Notes: generated by a model from the letters alone, not told the origin. A stretch of 64,000 nucleotides of DNA from Planctomycetota bacterium (GCA_965228735.1 OZ245838.1:3395997-3459996); one strand, 5' to 3'; shown: positions 1 to 9,723, counted from the stretch's first letter. Numbers and translations: made by a program.

Positions 1-4
1 GCGC

Positions 5-766
5 ATGGCCGCCTCCCTGCGAACTCTGGCGCTCCCCACCGTTCTCGCGCTGATCGCCGCCAGCGCGAACCTGACGGCGCAGCGCATTCACCCCCAGTTC
101 CGTTTCGAGTTCGGCGTCGCCCCGGGCTGGGCGTTCCACGACACGGACGGCAGCAACGCCGACGGCGACACGTCCGGCGCCCTGCTGCGGGCCCGCTTCG
201 AAGGCGTCGGCCGCAGCGGCTTCGGCGGCGGCATCCGCTTCGAGAACTGGGGCTCGGACGACGACCTGTTCGTCGACGAGGGTTTCGCCGCGGAGGAGTC
301 GCGCGCGTTCGCGATCTTCCCGCACTTCACCTACCGCATCGTCCAGGGCCGATTCCGTGCGCCGATCCGCGTCGGCATCATGGCCCACAACTACGAGCTC
401 GAGAACGTCGCGACGGGCCAGACGACCCTCGAGGTCGACTCGTTCGGCCCGCGCGTCGAGATCGCGCCCGAGTTCGTCCTGCACCACGGCCGCCATGTGC
501 AGCTGTCGGCCTACGGCGAGTTCGGTTTCGCGGTCACCTACTCCGAAGCCGAGGTGCAGGGCTTCTCGAACGACTTCGACTCGTCGTCCGGCTTCCTGTT
601 CCTCGAACTCGGCATGCGTACGCGCTTCGACTTCTTCGAGATCGGCGCCGCGTTCGTGACGCAAGGCATGTTCATGGCCGAGAGCGACATCGAAAACAAC
701 ACCATCGTCAACGGCTTCGACGCGAACTTCACCGGCTTCGTCTTCACCGGCGCATTCGTCTTTTGA
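5..766 (+). CDS. Secreted outer-membrane beta-barrel-like protein (hypothetical)
   Basis: N-terminal signal peptide (MAASLRTLALPTVLALIAASANLTAQ). Aromatic/Gly-rich alternating composition. C-terminal ...GAFVF ending in Phe, typical of OMP beta-barrels. Start is at the window edge and may be truncated. Confidence 0.45.
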   Translation: MAASLRTLALPTVLALIAASANLTAQRIHPQFRFEFGVAPGWAFHDTDGSNADGDTSGALLRARFEGVGRSGFGGGIRFENWGSDDDLFVDEGFAAEESRAFAIFPHFTYRIVQGRFRAPIRVGIMAHNYELENVATGQTTLEVDSFGPRVEIAPEFVLHHGRHVQLSAYGEFGFAVTYSEAEVQGFSNDFDSSSGFLFLELGMRTRFDFFEIGAAFVTQGMFMAESDIENNTIVNGFDANFTGFVFTGAFVF

Positions 767-772
767 CCCCCG

Positions 773-1546
773 TCAGCTGACGAAACGGTACTTCACGATC
801 GCCCAGAGCGCGGCCACGCCGTCGCGCCAGGTGATCTTCTTCCCTTCGCTGTACTTGCGGCCCTGGTAGCGGATCGGCACCTCCCAGATCCGCACCGGCA
901 GCTTCGCGACCTTGGCCGTGACCTCGGGCTCGACCGTGAAGCGCTTGCTGTGGATCACGATCTGCTGCAGCACTTCGCGACGGAAGCACTTGTAGCACGT
1001 CTCCATGTCCGTGAGGTTGAGGCCCGTGAACAGGTTGCTGAAGAACGTCAGGACCCGGTTGCCGAAGTAGTGATAGAACTGGTCGCGCTCGCGCCCCGGG
1101 TCGCGGTCATCGACGAGGTAGCGCGAGCCGTAGACGACATCAGAGACGCCCGTGAGGATCGGCTCGATCAGCGTCGGATAGTCGGCCGGGTCGTACTCGA
1201 GGTCGGCGTCCTGCACGACGACGACGTCGCCCTTGGCCGCCAAAAAGCCGGTTCGCAGGGCGGCGCCCTTGCCCTTGTTCCGCTCGTGCTCGATGACGTG
1301 CAGCTCCGGGTGCGCCGCGGCGAGCTCTTTGAGGATCTTGCGGCTGTCGTCCACGCTGCCGTCGTCGACGAGCACGATCTCCTTCGGGATATCGACCGCG
1401 CGGACGGCGGCGACGATCTCGCGCAGCGTCGCCTCCTCGTTGTAGACGGGCATCACGACGCTGAGCAGGAAGCCATCCGGCAGCGGCGGCTTCGCGCCAT
1501 GCTGCGGTGGCGGCGCGTTCGGGTCGGGGCTCGAAGGAGGACTCAC
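773..1546 (-). CDS. GT2-family glycosyltransferase, polyprenol-phosphate sugar synthase type (DPM1/ArnC-like)
   Basis: Motifs LSVVMPVYNEE, VLVDDGSVDDS, VVQDADLEYDP (DxD) and a C-terminal amphipathic tail. Start overlaps the stop of the upstream membrane GT gene. Confidence 0.8.
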   Translation of the reverse strand: MSPPSSPDPNAPPPQHGAKPPLPDGFLLSVVMPVYNEEATLREIVAAVRAVDIPKEIVLVDDGSVDDSRKILKELAAAHPELHVIEHERNKGKGAALRTGFLAAKGDVVVVQDADLEYDPADYPTLIEPILTGVSDVVYGSRYLVDDRDPGRERDQFYHYFGNRVLTFFSNLFTGLNLTDMETCYKCFRREVLQQIVIHSKRFTVEPEVTAKVAKLPVRIWEVPIRYQGRKYSEGKKITWRDGVAALWAIVKYRFVS

Positions 1547-2973
1547 GAGGGGTCCGCAGTGTGCCCGGTCGCCCGGTCATCGGCAACACCGCGCGCGATC
1601 GCCGCGAGCAGCACGACGGCCACGGGCAGGAGCTGGAACGTGACGCGCCGGTGCGACGTGTCGAGATGGAAGCGCAGCTCGAGGAAGCTGCCGACGTAGA
1701 CGAGGTGCAACCCGACGAGCGCGCCGAGCAGCGCGAGCGTCGGGACCGCGAGTGACCCGAGCGTGATCCGCGGCACCAGCACGAGCGCGAACAGAACGAG
1801 CGCGAACGCCGCGTGCGTGTGATCGAGCGCGAGCAGCGCATGGCAGGCCTCGAGGATCAGCGCCGGCACGCGCTCGGGCCATTGCTCCGCCATCAGCTCG
1901 AACATCGACTTGCCCGTCGGATTGTGGCCGAACAGGTCGCTCTGCAGACCGAAGCGGCGGTTCCACATCGCCGTGTTCAGCACAACGGCGGCCGCCGGCA
2001 GCAGCGCGAGCAGATCGAGTGGTCGATGCCGCGCCGCCGCGCCCGCGACAGCGCGCGCCGGGCCAAACCGCCGCAGCCCGGCCGCACACGACGCCGCGAT
2101 CGCGAGGCTCACGAGGTAGAGCATCGGCTCGTTCTTCGACCACAACGCGAACGCGAGACCGAGCCCGGCGAGCCCGAGCATCGCACGGTCGCCCGTCGCG
2201 CGGAACCGCAACCAGCCGTCGAGCAGCACGACGAGTCCGAGCGCGACCATGCCGTCCGCGTAGGCGGTGCGGCACAGGTTCTGGAACTCCGGTTCGAGCA
2301 GCACGAGGCTCGCGAACACCGCAGCCATCCAGGCCGGCAGCAGCCGCCGCACCGCACCCGCGACCGCGACGAACAACGCCACGTCGCACAGCTGCACGAG
2401 CCAGCGGTTCTCGAACTGCACGAACCCGGGGTCGAGCAGCGTGTAGACCCAGGCCTGCAGCCAGGGGTTGAGCCGCGGATAGTCGGGGTGCAGGTTGTGC
2501 ACCTGTGCTGCGCCGAAGCCGTCGCCCCAGTCGACGAGCAGTGACTTCGCCTGCAGCGACCAGATGTTGCCCTCGTCGCCCTCGACGCACGGCCGATCGA
2601 GGCCCGCGAGCGCAAACCACACGGCCAGTCCGGCGCCGAGCGCGACGAAGACCGCGTAGCCGACGATCTGCTGCCGCTCCGCGGGCGCGGCACCCGCGTC
2701 CGGTGCGCGGCTGCGGCGCCGCAGCCACGCAGCCGTGAACAGCACGAGCGCGAGCCCGATCGGCGCGGCCAACGGGAACCCCGCCGCCCACAGTCCGCCG
2801 ACCTCACGCGTGACGCGCAGCACGACAGAGAGCAGCAGGCACCCGACGAGCCAGCACCACGCGGGGTAGGCGATCGGGTCGCGGCGCCAGCGAATGCCGA
2901 GCAGCACGAGCGCGGCGACGCCGAGCAGCGCCGGCGTCGCGACGGCCACGAACCGCATCGCGAAGCCGTCCAT
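1543..2973 (-). CDS. Polytopic GT-C-fold membrane glycosyltransferase (ArnT/PMT-like)
   Basis: More than 10 predicted TM helices. DE motif in the first extracytoplasmic loop (CVEGDEGNIW). ATG at 2973 overlaps the TGA of the upstream gene (ATGA coupling). The longer ORF to 3462 is Arg-rich and out of character, so it is rejected as the start. Confidence 0.6.
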   Translation of the reverse strand: MDGFAMRFVAVATPALLGVAALVLLGIRWRRDPIAYPAWCWLVGCLLLSVVLRVTREVGGLWAAGFPLAAPIGLALVLFTAAWLRRRSRAPDAGAAPAERQQIVGYAVFVALGAGLAVWFALAGLDRPCVEGDEGNIWSLQAKSLLVDWGDGFGAAQVHNLHPDYPRLNPWLQAWVYTLLDPGFVQFENRWLVQLCDVALFVAVAGAVRRLLPAWMAAVFASLVLLEPEFQNLCRTAYADGMVALGLVVLLDGWLRFRATGDRAMLGLAGLGLAFALWSKNEPMLYLVSLAIAASCAAGLRRFGPARAVAGAAARHRPLDLLALLPAAAVVLNTAMWNRRFGLQSDLFGHNPTGKSMFELMAEQWPERVPALILEACHALLALDHTHAAFALVLFALVLVPRITLGSLAVPTLALLGALVGLHLVYVGSFLELRFHLDTSHRRVTFQLLPVAVVLLAAIARGVADDRATGHTADPS

Positions 2974-3578
2974 CACTGCGGCCCGAGCCAGCGCCACAGC
3001 CGCAGCCGGGCGCCGCCACCGATCGACTCGGTGTGCAGGAGTTCGTAGCGGCCGCCGATCGCGAGCACGGCGTCGCCCTGCGTGCCGTCGAGCACGAGCA
3101 GTCGACCGGCGAGCGCGGGCTCGAGCTTCTCGAGCAGCGGCGGTGCTCCGCTCGCGAAGTGCACGTCGCGCGGCCTCGGGTAGAGCAGGTTCTTCGTGCG
3201 TTCGAACTGCAGCCGCAGCAGGAACTCGAGGTCCGTCCCGACGTAGGGACTGTAGAGCACGAGTCGGCCGCCATCGGGCAACGCCTCGCGGACGGCGGTG
3301 ACGAACGCCGGACCGATGCCCGTCACGCGTTGGATGCGTTCGGCGGCCGGCAGCGTCACGCCCCGTCGGACGGCGGGCGCGATGTTCGCCGCAGCACTCC
3401 ACGTCGCGGGCACCAGGACCGGCAGCCGTACGAGCACGACGATCGCGAGCAGGACCAGCCACACCAGCGTCGCTCCGCGAACGCGCGGGCCATCGGTCGC
3501 GGTGGCCGCCGCGTTCGGGTCTGACTCAGACGGATCGGTCACGGAAGTCGTACTCGCTGCGGGGCGCCGCGCCGGCAT
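2973..3578 (-). CDS. Membrane-anchored hypothetical protein (single N-terminal TM, soluble C-domain)
   Basis: TM helix LVWLVLLAIVVLVRLPVLV followed by a globular-looking region. Stop overlaps the start of the GT-C gene. A start at 3578 would overlap the TetR gene by ~50 nt, so the true start may be a downstream GTG/TTG (~3464-3482). Confidence 0.4.
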   Translation of the reverse strand: MPARRPAASTTSVTDPSESDPNAAATATDGPRVRGATLVWLVLLAIVVLVRLPVLVPATWSAAANIAPAVRRGVTLPAAERIQRVTGIGPAFVTAVREALPDGGRLVLYSPYVGTDLEFLLRLQFERTKNLLYPRPRDVHFASGAPPLLEKLEPALAGRLLVLDGTQGDAVLAIGGRYELLHTESIGGGARLRLWRWLGPQ

Positions 3579-4245
3579 CGTCACCGGCACCGGCCGCGCC
3601 AGCCGCGCCCGTGGCGTATCGCGCGACGAGGGCCCGCGCCAGTTCTTCCTCGTCGCAGTGCGCCTCGACGTCCGCGGGCGCCGTCTGCCACTGCTCGAGC
3701 ACACCGTAGACCGCACCCGCGAGCACGAACGCGGCCGCCGCCGGATCGGCGCAGAACAGCGTCCCGTCGCGCCCACCCTCGACGAGCAGATCGCGCAGCC
3801 GACCGCGCAGCCAGCGCTGCTCCTGCCGCGGGTCGTCGCGCAGCCGCGCCGTGAACCGCCCGCGCAGTTCGGTCGCGAGCACGCGCAGCAGCTGGGTGGC
3901 CTCGCGTTCGCGGAAGTGGAAGCCGAGGTAGCTGCTGAGGAACTGTCGCAGCGCGGCGCGGGCGCTCGGGTCCGCGCCGGCTCCGGGGCTGGCTCCGGAA
4001 CTGGCTCGTTGGGCCGCGGCGAGCGGCAGCTGCAGCCGCCGGCGCCGCTGCTCGCGCCAGTGGTCGATCACCGCGAAGAACAGGTCCTCCTTGCCCGCGA
4101 AGTGGAAGTAGACGCCGCCCTTCGTGACGCCCGCGCGCCGCGCGATCACGTCGAGCCGCGCGCCGCTGTAGCCCGCCGCCGCGAACTCCACGGTCGCCGC
4201 AGCGATCAGGCGGTCGCGCAGCTCGGGGTCCTGCAGGCGCGGCAT
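3526..4245 (-). CDS. TetR/AcrR-family transcriptional regulator
   Basis: N-terminal HTH (ARLDVIARRAGVTKGGVYFHFAGKEDLF). Typical TetR length and C-terminal ligand domain. Confidence 0.85.
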   Translation of the reverse strand: MPRLQDPELRDRLIAAATVEFAAAGYSGARLDVIARRAGVTKGGVYFHFAGKEDLFFAVIDHWREQRRRRLQLPLAAAQRASSGASPGAGADPSARAALRQFLSSYLGFHFREREATQLLRVLATELRGRFTARLRDDPRQEQRWLRGRLRDLLVEGGRDGTLFCADPAAAAFVLAGAVYGVLEQWQTAPADVEAHCDEEELARALVARYATGAAGAAGAGDDAGAAPRSEYDFRDRSV

Positions 4246-4263
4246 CGTTCGGACCTCGGCCGC

Positions 4264-5907
4264 CTACCTCGGCAGGTAGAAGTTCTCGCGCTCGTACTTC
4301 GGCAGGTAGAAGTCGACGAGGAACGGGTTCCACGCGCGCTCTTCCTGCGCGAACTGATCCATGTCCATGTAGACGACCGCGAGGTCCATCGTCTGCTCCT
4401 CCTGCAGATCGACGGGCTGCACGCGCAGGCCGCTGCGCTCCTCGTAGGGTACGAGCGGCACGATCTTGCCGTCCTCGCCGTCGTCCATGCGCAAGACGAT
4501 CGCCCGCGCGCGCCGCATCACGTAGACGCGGTTCTCCTCGTTGCGCTTCATGATCGCCGCGAGGTGGATCGAGAACACTTCCGACGTCGTCGTCAGCGCC
4601 GACATGAACTCGGACTTGAACTCCGGATCCGGCAGGTTTTCGAAGTCCTCGACCTGCTCGAGGTCGGCGACGGTCTCGAAGACCTTGTACTTCTGCTCGT
4701 CGCCGAGCCGCATGTCACCGAAGTCGTTGATGTCGGTCGTCGTGCCGTCCTCGAACTCGGCCTCCATCGCCTCTTCGTCGACCTCGTTGCGGTAGCGCAG
4801 GATCGAACGCAGCACGCGGTCCGGCATCTTGTCGCGCGGGAACAGCGCGCGCAGCACCGGATAGGTCGCGGTGTTGATGTTGATGCGGATGCCCTCGCCA
4901 TACGGCTCGGTGGGCATGCGCGACTGACCTTCGCCGCCTTCGCCGCCGCTGCCCTCCGCGTTCTGCGAACCGGGCGCGCCCTCGCCGCCCTCCTCACCCC
5001 CGGCCGCGATCTCAGGCGGCGTCTCGCCGCGCGCCTGCGCTTCGAGCCGTTGCCGTTCGACCTTCTCCGGATCGCCGGGATCGACGCCGAGCGAGGTCCA
5101 GATCGTCAGCACCGACTCGAGACCGAGGTAGACCTTGCCGTCGAGGACGAAGTCGTAGAACAGCTCCTCCGTGACCGTCGGCAGGATGAGCAGCTCGTCG
5201 AGGTGCAGCGGGATCGAGATCCCGGCCTGCGTCGGGTCGTCGGTCTTGAGGCGCGGGCGCGGCAGCATCTCGGTGTCCTGCCGGTTCACCCAGTCGGTGA
5301 GCTCGGTCACGATGAGCTGCGCGTCGCTGCTCGAGATGTCGAACTGCGTGTCCTCGCGCAACACGTCGATGAGTCGCACGAGCCGATCGCGCGAGAACTC
5401 GGCGAACTCCTCGTCCGGACTCCACAGCGCGAGGATGTTGAACTTGCGGTTCTCGTCCTCGACCCACGTGTAGGTCGTGATGTCGTTGTCCGCGGCGCCG
5501 ATCGGGTTGTACCAGGCGTCGCGGCTGCAGTCGCAGACACTCGCCGGGTCCGGCGGTTCTTCCTCTTCGCCGCCCTCGCCTCCGAGGCCGCCTTCGCCGC
5601 CCTCGCCGCCCTCGCCGCCGGGCAGCCCGCCGCCCTCGCCACCCATGCCGAGTCCGCCGCCACCGCCTTCCTCGGACGCCGCCGCGCCCTGCATGTCCGT
5701 CAGCAGCTGGTCCTGCGCCTCGACGAGCTGATAGCGCATCTGGTTGCGCATGCGCGCGAGCAGCGCGTCGTTCTCGCCGGTCGCGCGGATCATGCGGCCC
5801 GTCACGACGAGCTCCGCCACGAGGATGTAGAGCAGGATCGCGAAGATCAGCGTGAGCACGAGGGCGACCCCGCGCTCGTTCTCGGGCCAGTGGGAGCGGT
5901 CTCTCAT
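4264..5907 (-). CDS. gspK: GspK-like type II secretion minor pseudopilin with Gly/Glu-rich insertions
   Basis: N-terminal pseudopilin-like hydrophobic segment (ERGVALVLTLIFAILLYILVAEL). Conserved GspK-type motifs (RKFNILAL; GIRININTATYPVLRAL). Two low-complexity (GGEG)n inserts. Confidence 0.65.
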   Translation of the reverse strand: MRDRSHWPENERGVALVLTLIFAILLYILVAELVVTGRMIRATGENDALLARMRNQMRYQLVEAQDQLLTDMQGAAASEEGGGGGLGMGGEGGGLPGGEGGEGGEGGLGGEGGEEEEPPDPASVCDCSRDAWYNPIGAADNDITTYTWVEDENRKFNILALWSPDEEFAEFSRDRLVRLIDVLREDTQFDISSSDAQLIVTELTDWVNRQDTEMLPRPRLKTDDPTQAGISIPLHLDELLILPTVTEELFYDFVLDGKVYLGLESVLTIWTSLGVDPGDPEKVERQRLEAQARGETPPEIAAGGEEGGEGAPGSQNAEGSGGEGGEGQSRMPTEPYGEGIRININTATYPVLRALFPRDKMPDRVLRSILRYRNEVDEEAMEAEFEDGTTTDINDFGDMRLGDEQKYKVFETVADLEQVEDFENLPDPEFKSEFMSALTTTSEVFSIHLAAIMKRNEENRVYVMRRARAIVLRMDDGEDGKIVPLVPYEERSGLRVQPVDLQEEQTMDLAVVYMDMDQFAQEERAWNPFLVDFYLPKYERENFYLPR

Positions 5908-5934
5908 CGGGTCTTGGACGAGCAGTCTACCGCC

Positions 5935-7065
5935 TTATTCCGCCCGCGTCGGGCCCGAATCGACCCCGCAAAGCTGCCCGAGCAGGGTCGCGATCCGGCC
6001 AGCGGCGTGGCCGTCGCCGTAGGGGTTCTCCGCCCGCGCCATCGCCGCGCGGGCGCCCGGATCGTCGAGCAGGGCGCCAGCCTCGCGCACGATGGCCGCC
6101 GAGTCGACCCCCACGAGCCGGGCGACGCCGGCCTCGATGCCCTCGGGCCGTTCGGTCTCGTCCCGCAGCACCAGCACGGGGACGCCGAAGCTCGGCGCCT
6201 CCTCCTGGATCCCGCCGCTGTCCGTGAGGATCAGGCTCGCGTCCGTCATCGCCGCGACCGTCGTCGGGTAGTCGAACGGCTCCGCGAGGCGAACGCGTGG
6301 ATGATCCGCGAGCACGGCCTGGGCCACGCGCTGCACGTTGGGGTTGGGATGCACCGGGAACAGCAGTTCGACATCGTCGCGATCGGCGAGCGCGCGCAGC
6401 CCCGAGCAAAGCGACTCGAACGGCGCACCGAAGTGTTCGCGCCGGTGGGCCGTGACGAACACGAGATGCCGGCCCGGCGCGGGCCGGAACCGGCCGCCGG
6501 ACACCCTCGCCCGCGTCTGTTCGAGCGCGTCGACGACCGGGTTGCCCGTGACGTGCACGCGCCCACCCGGCACGCCCTCGCGCAGGAGGCTCATGCGCGC
6601 GCGGTCGGTCGGCGCGAAGTGGATCGCCGCGAGGCGCGCGACCATCGCGCGGTTGGCCTCCTCCGGGAACGGCCGCTCGGGGTTGCCGGTCCGGAGCCCC
6701 GCCTCGACGTGCGCGAACGGGATGCGGCGGTAGAACGCCGCGAGCGCCGCGGTGAACACCGTCGTCGTGTCGCCCTGCGCGACGACGACCGCGGGCCGCT
6801 CGTGCACCAGTGCTGCGTCGAACCGTTCGAGCAGCCGCGCCGTGAGCCCGCTGAGCTGCTGGTCCGGCTGCATCACGTCGAGATCGCGATCGGGCGCGAT
6901 GTCGAAGAAGCCGAGCGCCTGGTCGAGCAGTTCGCGGTGCTGCGCGGTCGCGAGCACGCGGCAATCCGCCCAGTCGCTCCGCCGCAGCGCCTGGATGACG
7001 GGCGCCATCTTGACCGCCTCGGCGCGCGTGCCGACGACGGTCAGGACGCGGACCGGGCTCACCAC
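5935..7065 (-). CDS. wecB: UDP-N-acetylglucosamine 2-epimerase (non-hydrolysing)
   Basis: Full-length match to the WecB/MnaA family (VLTVVGTRAEAVKMAPV, HVEAGLRTGN, TDSGGIQEEAPSFGVPVLVLRDETERPEG). Start overlaps the secretin stop. Confidence 0.9.
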   Translation of the reverse strand: MVSPVRVLTVVGTRAEAVKMAPVIQALRRSDWADCRVLATAQHRELLDQALGFFDIAPDRDLDVMQPDQQLSGLTARLLERFDAALVHERPAVVVAQGDTTTVFTAALAAFYRRIPFAHVEAGLRTGNPERPFPEEANRAMVARLAAIHFAPTDRARMSLLREGVPGGRVHVTGNPVVDALEQTRARVSGGRFRPAPGRHLVFVTAHRREHFGAPFESLCSGLRALADRDDVELLFPVHPNPNVQRVAQAVLADHPRVRLAEPFDYPTTVAAMTDASLILTDSGGIQEEAPSFGVPVLVLRDETERPEGIEAGVARLVGVDSAAIVREAGALLDDPGARAAMARAENPYGDGHAAGRIATLLGQLCGVDSGPTRAE

Positions 7066-8594
7066 GCCGAATCGCCGGTCGGATCACCCCGGTCGGTGAC
7101 GATGCGCGGCGTGATGTAGAACTCGACCGTGGTCTTGTTGCTCTGGGTCGAGGTCGAACGGAACAGGAAGCCGAGGATCGGGATGTCGCCGAGCAGCGGC
7201 ACCTTGGTCTCGCTCTCGAACGTCGTCTCGGACTGCAGCCCGCCGATCACCAGCGTGTGGTTGTTCTTCAGGTAGACCGTCGTCACGGCCGTGCGATTGC
7301 TCGTGATCGGCGTCACGACCGGATCGGTGTTCGCAAAGCCCGTGATCGCGGACACGTCGGCGTAGACCTGCAGGATGACCGAGTCGGTGCCGGCGATCGT
7401 CGGCACGATGTTCATCTTCACGCCGACCGGCTTGAACGAGATGTCGGTCGCGACGTTGGAGCCGAGCTGGTTGATCTTGGCCTTCGGAAACGGCACGTCC
7501 GTGAACGTCGCGATCGACGCCACGCCGCCGTTGCGCACGACGAGCTTCGGCGAGTTCTGGATGTCCGCGATGTTGTTGGCCTCGAGCGCCTCGAGGACCA
7601 TGTTGAGCTCCCAGCTGTCGTGGATGCCGCCGAGCTGAAAGAGCCCGATGTCGGTCACGGGGGTCGCGCCGACGATCGGCTGGCTCAGCGGGAAGATCGA
7701 CGTGAACGAGCGCACGAGCTGGCCGCTCGACAGGTTGCTCAAGACCGGCGTGTTGCTGTCGATCGCGGTCACGCCGAACGCGAGCGCGTCGGCGACGCTG
7801 TACTCGACGACCTGCACCGTGATCTCGATCTGCGGGATGCTGCCGTAGAACAGGTCGAGCGCGGCCTCGAACGCGTTGAGCGCCGACGGCTGCGCCGTGA
7901 TGATCGCGAGCGACACGGTCGGCCCGGCCGTCGGCGGCGCCAACGCCGTGCTCATGATCGCCGTGCCCTTCGGCGGGTCGACGATCTTGGCGCCACCGAG
8001 CACCTCGAAGTCCTGCACGTAGGTGACCTCGATCTCGTGCTCGCGCAGCATCCGCCCGAGCACGCTCGTGCCCTCGGCCCCGCCGATCTTGGTCCCGGCA
8101 GGCGGCGGCGTAGTAGCCGGGGCGACCGGCTTGCCGGGCTCGATCTTGGTGATGAGCTTGAGGAACGTCGTCGCGAGGTCGCCCGCGAGGAAGTACTGCT
8201 TCGTGACGGTGCCGTCGGTGTTGACGAGCACGCTGCTGCCGAACTCGGTGCGCAGCCGGGCGGCGCGCTGTTCCTGACTCTCGTCCTGCGGGTCCTGGGG
8301 CGCGAAGCGCGAACGCCCCGCCGTATTCTCGTTTGCAGGATCGGCAGCGGGGTTGCCAGCTCCGGGGCCGCGGGTGCCGGTCGCGTCCGCGGCGGTGGCC
8401 CCGGCGCCGGCCAGCCCCCATGCCAGCGGACCGGCGGACTCACCCCCGAGGGCCGCCCGTTCCTCGACCGCGAACTGGACGTCGAGCGGGTTGACCCGCT
8501 TCTTGCCCGCGCTGACACAACCAGCGGTCAGCTGGAGGGCTGACAGGGAGACCAGGAGCAGCAGCGCGCGCGTCGGCACGACCGGGATTGTCAT
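7059..8594 (-). CDS. gspD: Secretin-family outer-membrane channel lipoprotein (GspD/PilQ-like)
   Basis: Lipoprotein signal (LSALQLTAGC). Canonical secretin C-domain (KVPLLGDIPILGFLFRSTSTQSNKTTVEFYITPRIV). N-terminal N0/N1-like domains. Confidence 0.85.
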   Translation of the reverse strand: MTIPVVPTRALLLLVSLSALQLTAGCVSAGKKRVNPLDVQFAVEERAALGGESAGPLAWGLAGAGATAADATGTRGPGAGNPAADPANENTAGRSRFAPQDPQDESQEQRAARLRTEFGSSVLVNTDGTVTKQYFLAGDLATTFLKLITKIEPGKPVAPATTPPPAGTKIGGAEGTSVLGRMLREHEIEVTYVQDFEVLGGAKIVDPPKGTAIMSTALAPPTAGPTVSLAIITAQPSALNAFEAALDLFYGSIPQIEITVQVVEYSVADALAFGVTAIDSNTPVLSNLSSGQLVRSFTSIFPLSQPIVGATPVTDIGLFQLGGIHDSWELNMVLEALEANNIADIQNSPKLVVRNGGVASIATFTDVPFPKAKINQLGSNVATDISFKPVGVKMNIVPTIAGTDSVILQVYADVSAITGFANTDPVVTPITSNRTAVTTVYLKNNHTLVIGGLQSETTFESETKVPLLGDIPILGFLFRSTSTQSNKTTVEFYITPRIVTDRGDPTGDSAW

Positions 8595-8628
8595 TCAGAA
8601 GTCGGGCGAGCGCGAGCGTTTGTCGCCG

Positions 8629-9015
8629 CTACTCTTCGATCTTCTCGATGACCTTGTCGGTCAGGTCCGCGACGTCGCGACCCTGCTTGTCCGAGATATC
8701 GTCTTTCCTAACGACGAGATCCCGGCTCTCGTCGGTCGCGATCTCCTTGACCGCGGCTCGGATCCGCTTGTTCATCTTGCGGACGAGTTGCTTGCCGCGC
8801 GCAGAATCCACGTCGATGGACTCGGCTTCGATCGTCTTCCACTCCTCCGTGACCTCTTTGACCTTGTCGAGGTCGATCACGGCGGGGGCACTCGTATTGG
8901 AAGAGCTCCCGAAGTAGACGACGGCCCCTCGCTTGAGGGTGACCTGAGCCGTCGCGGTGCACGCCAGCAGGGCCATCACGACCAGGGTGAGGATCTTGTT
9001 GGTGCAGGACTTCAT
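8629..9015 (-). CDS. skp: OmpH/Skp-like periplasmic chaperone
   Basis: Signal peptide (MKSCTNKILTLVVMALLACTATAQ). ~105-aa coiled-coil-rich mature part with DLVV...DI-type OmpH signature. Locally lower GC. Confidence 0.6.
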   Translation of the reverse strand: MKSCTNKILTLVVMALLACTATAQVTLKRGAVVYFGSSSNTSAPAVIDLDKVKEVTEEWKTIEAESIDVDSARGKQLVRKMNKRIRAAVKEIATDESRDLVVRKDDISDKQGRDVADLTDKVIEKIEE

Positions 9016-9723
9016 GGTGTTGCTCGGAAAGTCTGGCCGTTCGCCTATCGGCCAGACGTAGATCGCTAGTGTAGAGAAGTGCAGCAAACACGATGGCAAG
9101 GTTCTTGCCTACCGTCAGCCCGTCTGTGGATGTGATCTTTTTTCCACAGACCGAATGGGCTCGTGAGGGGACCTGAGAGAACAACGTGCTCGGAACCACG
9201 AACGGGCGACCAAAGCGGTCCCGAGGACGCTGAACCCGGGTGCCAGTCCTCGGCAAGGCGTCAGCTGCCTTGGCAAGGGGACACGCGGGTCAAAGTCCCA
9301 AGCGCGTTATTCGCCAGAAGCACGCAGACTTCTTCGAATTCTCGCGGCCGTAGGCTCGCGGCCTCTCGGCGAACGATCGAGCAAGTCCTTTGACTGCATC
9401 GCGTTGAGTCGACGGGCGCACGTTCGCACGAAGCCGCGTTCGCGGTCTCGTTACATTCGGACGGCAACGAACACCCGGTACTCGCCCACGACGACGGAGC
9501 CATGGGCTGCGGCCCTCGCGCATCGCGGCAGCCCGCATCGACGTTGGCGCCGGGTGCGCGCGCTCGAGCTCGTTCGCGACGAGTCGCAAATCGAGATCGG
9601 TGACAGGTCGACGCCGCACCCCGAACGGGGGTGCCGATCGTCGGGCTCGCCGGTCATCGGGCGCGCCGGTCGTGGGGCGCGCCAGTCGTAGGGTGGGACG
9701 CGGCAGCGCTGCCGCTGCCCCAC

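Noticed and set aside
1543-3462. Long 639-aa version of the GT-C membrane protein starting at 3462
   Set aside because: The first ~160 residues are Arg/Ala-rich and overlap the upstream gene in another frame. An ATG at 2973 overlapping the upstream TGA (ATGA) gives a sensible membrane-protein N-terminus.
3298-7119. 1,273-aa + strand ORF, plus similar giant ORFs (9631-13194 +, 19160-21538 -, 21294-23474 -, 33606-35777 -, 31088-32770 -, 45121-47232 +, 52356-54755 +, 35835-37274 -)
   Set aside because: All are Arg/Ala/Gly/Pro-rich, lack hydrophobic cores or known motifs, and lie antisense or off-frame to genes with clear homology (wecB, pnp, HK, RTX, DUF1553, SPFH, Kelch, sigma, DUF1501). They are expected artefacts of 70 % GC with strong GC3 bias.
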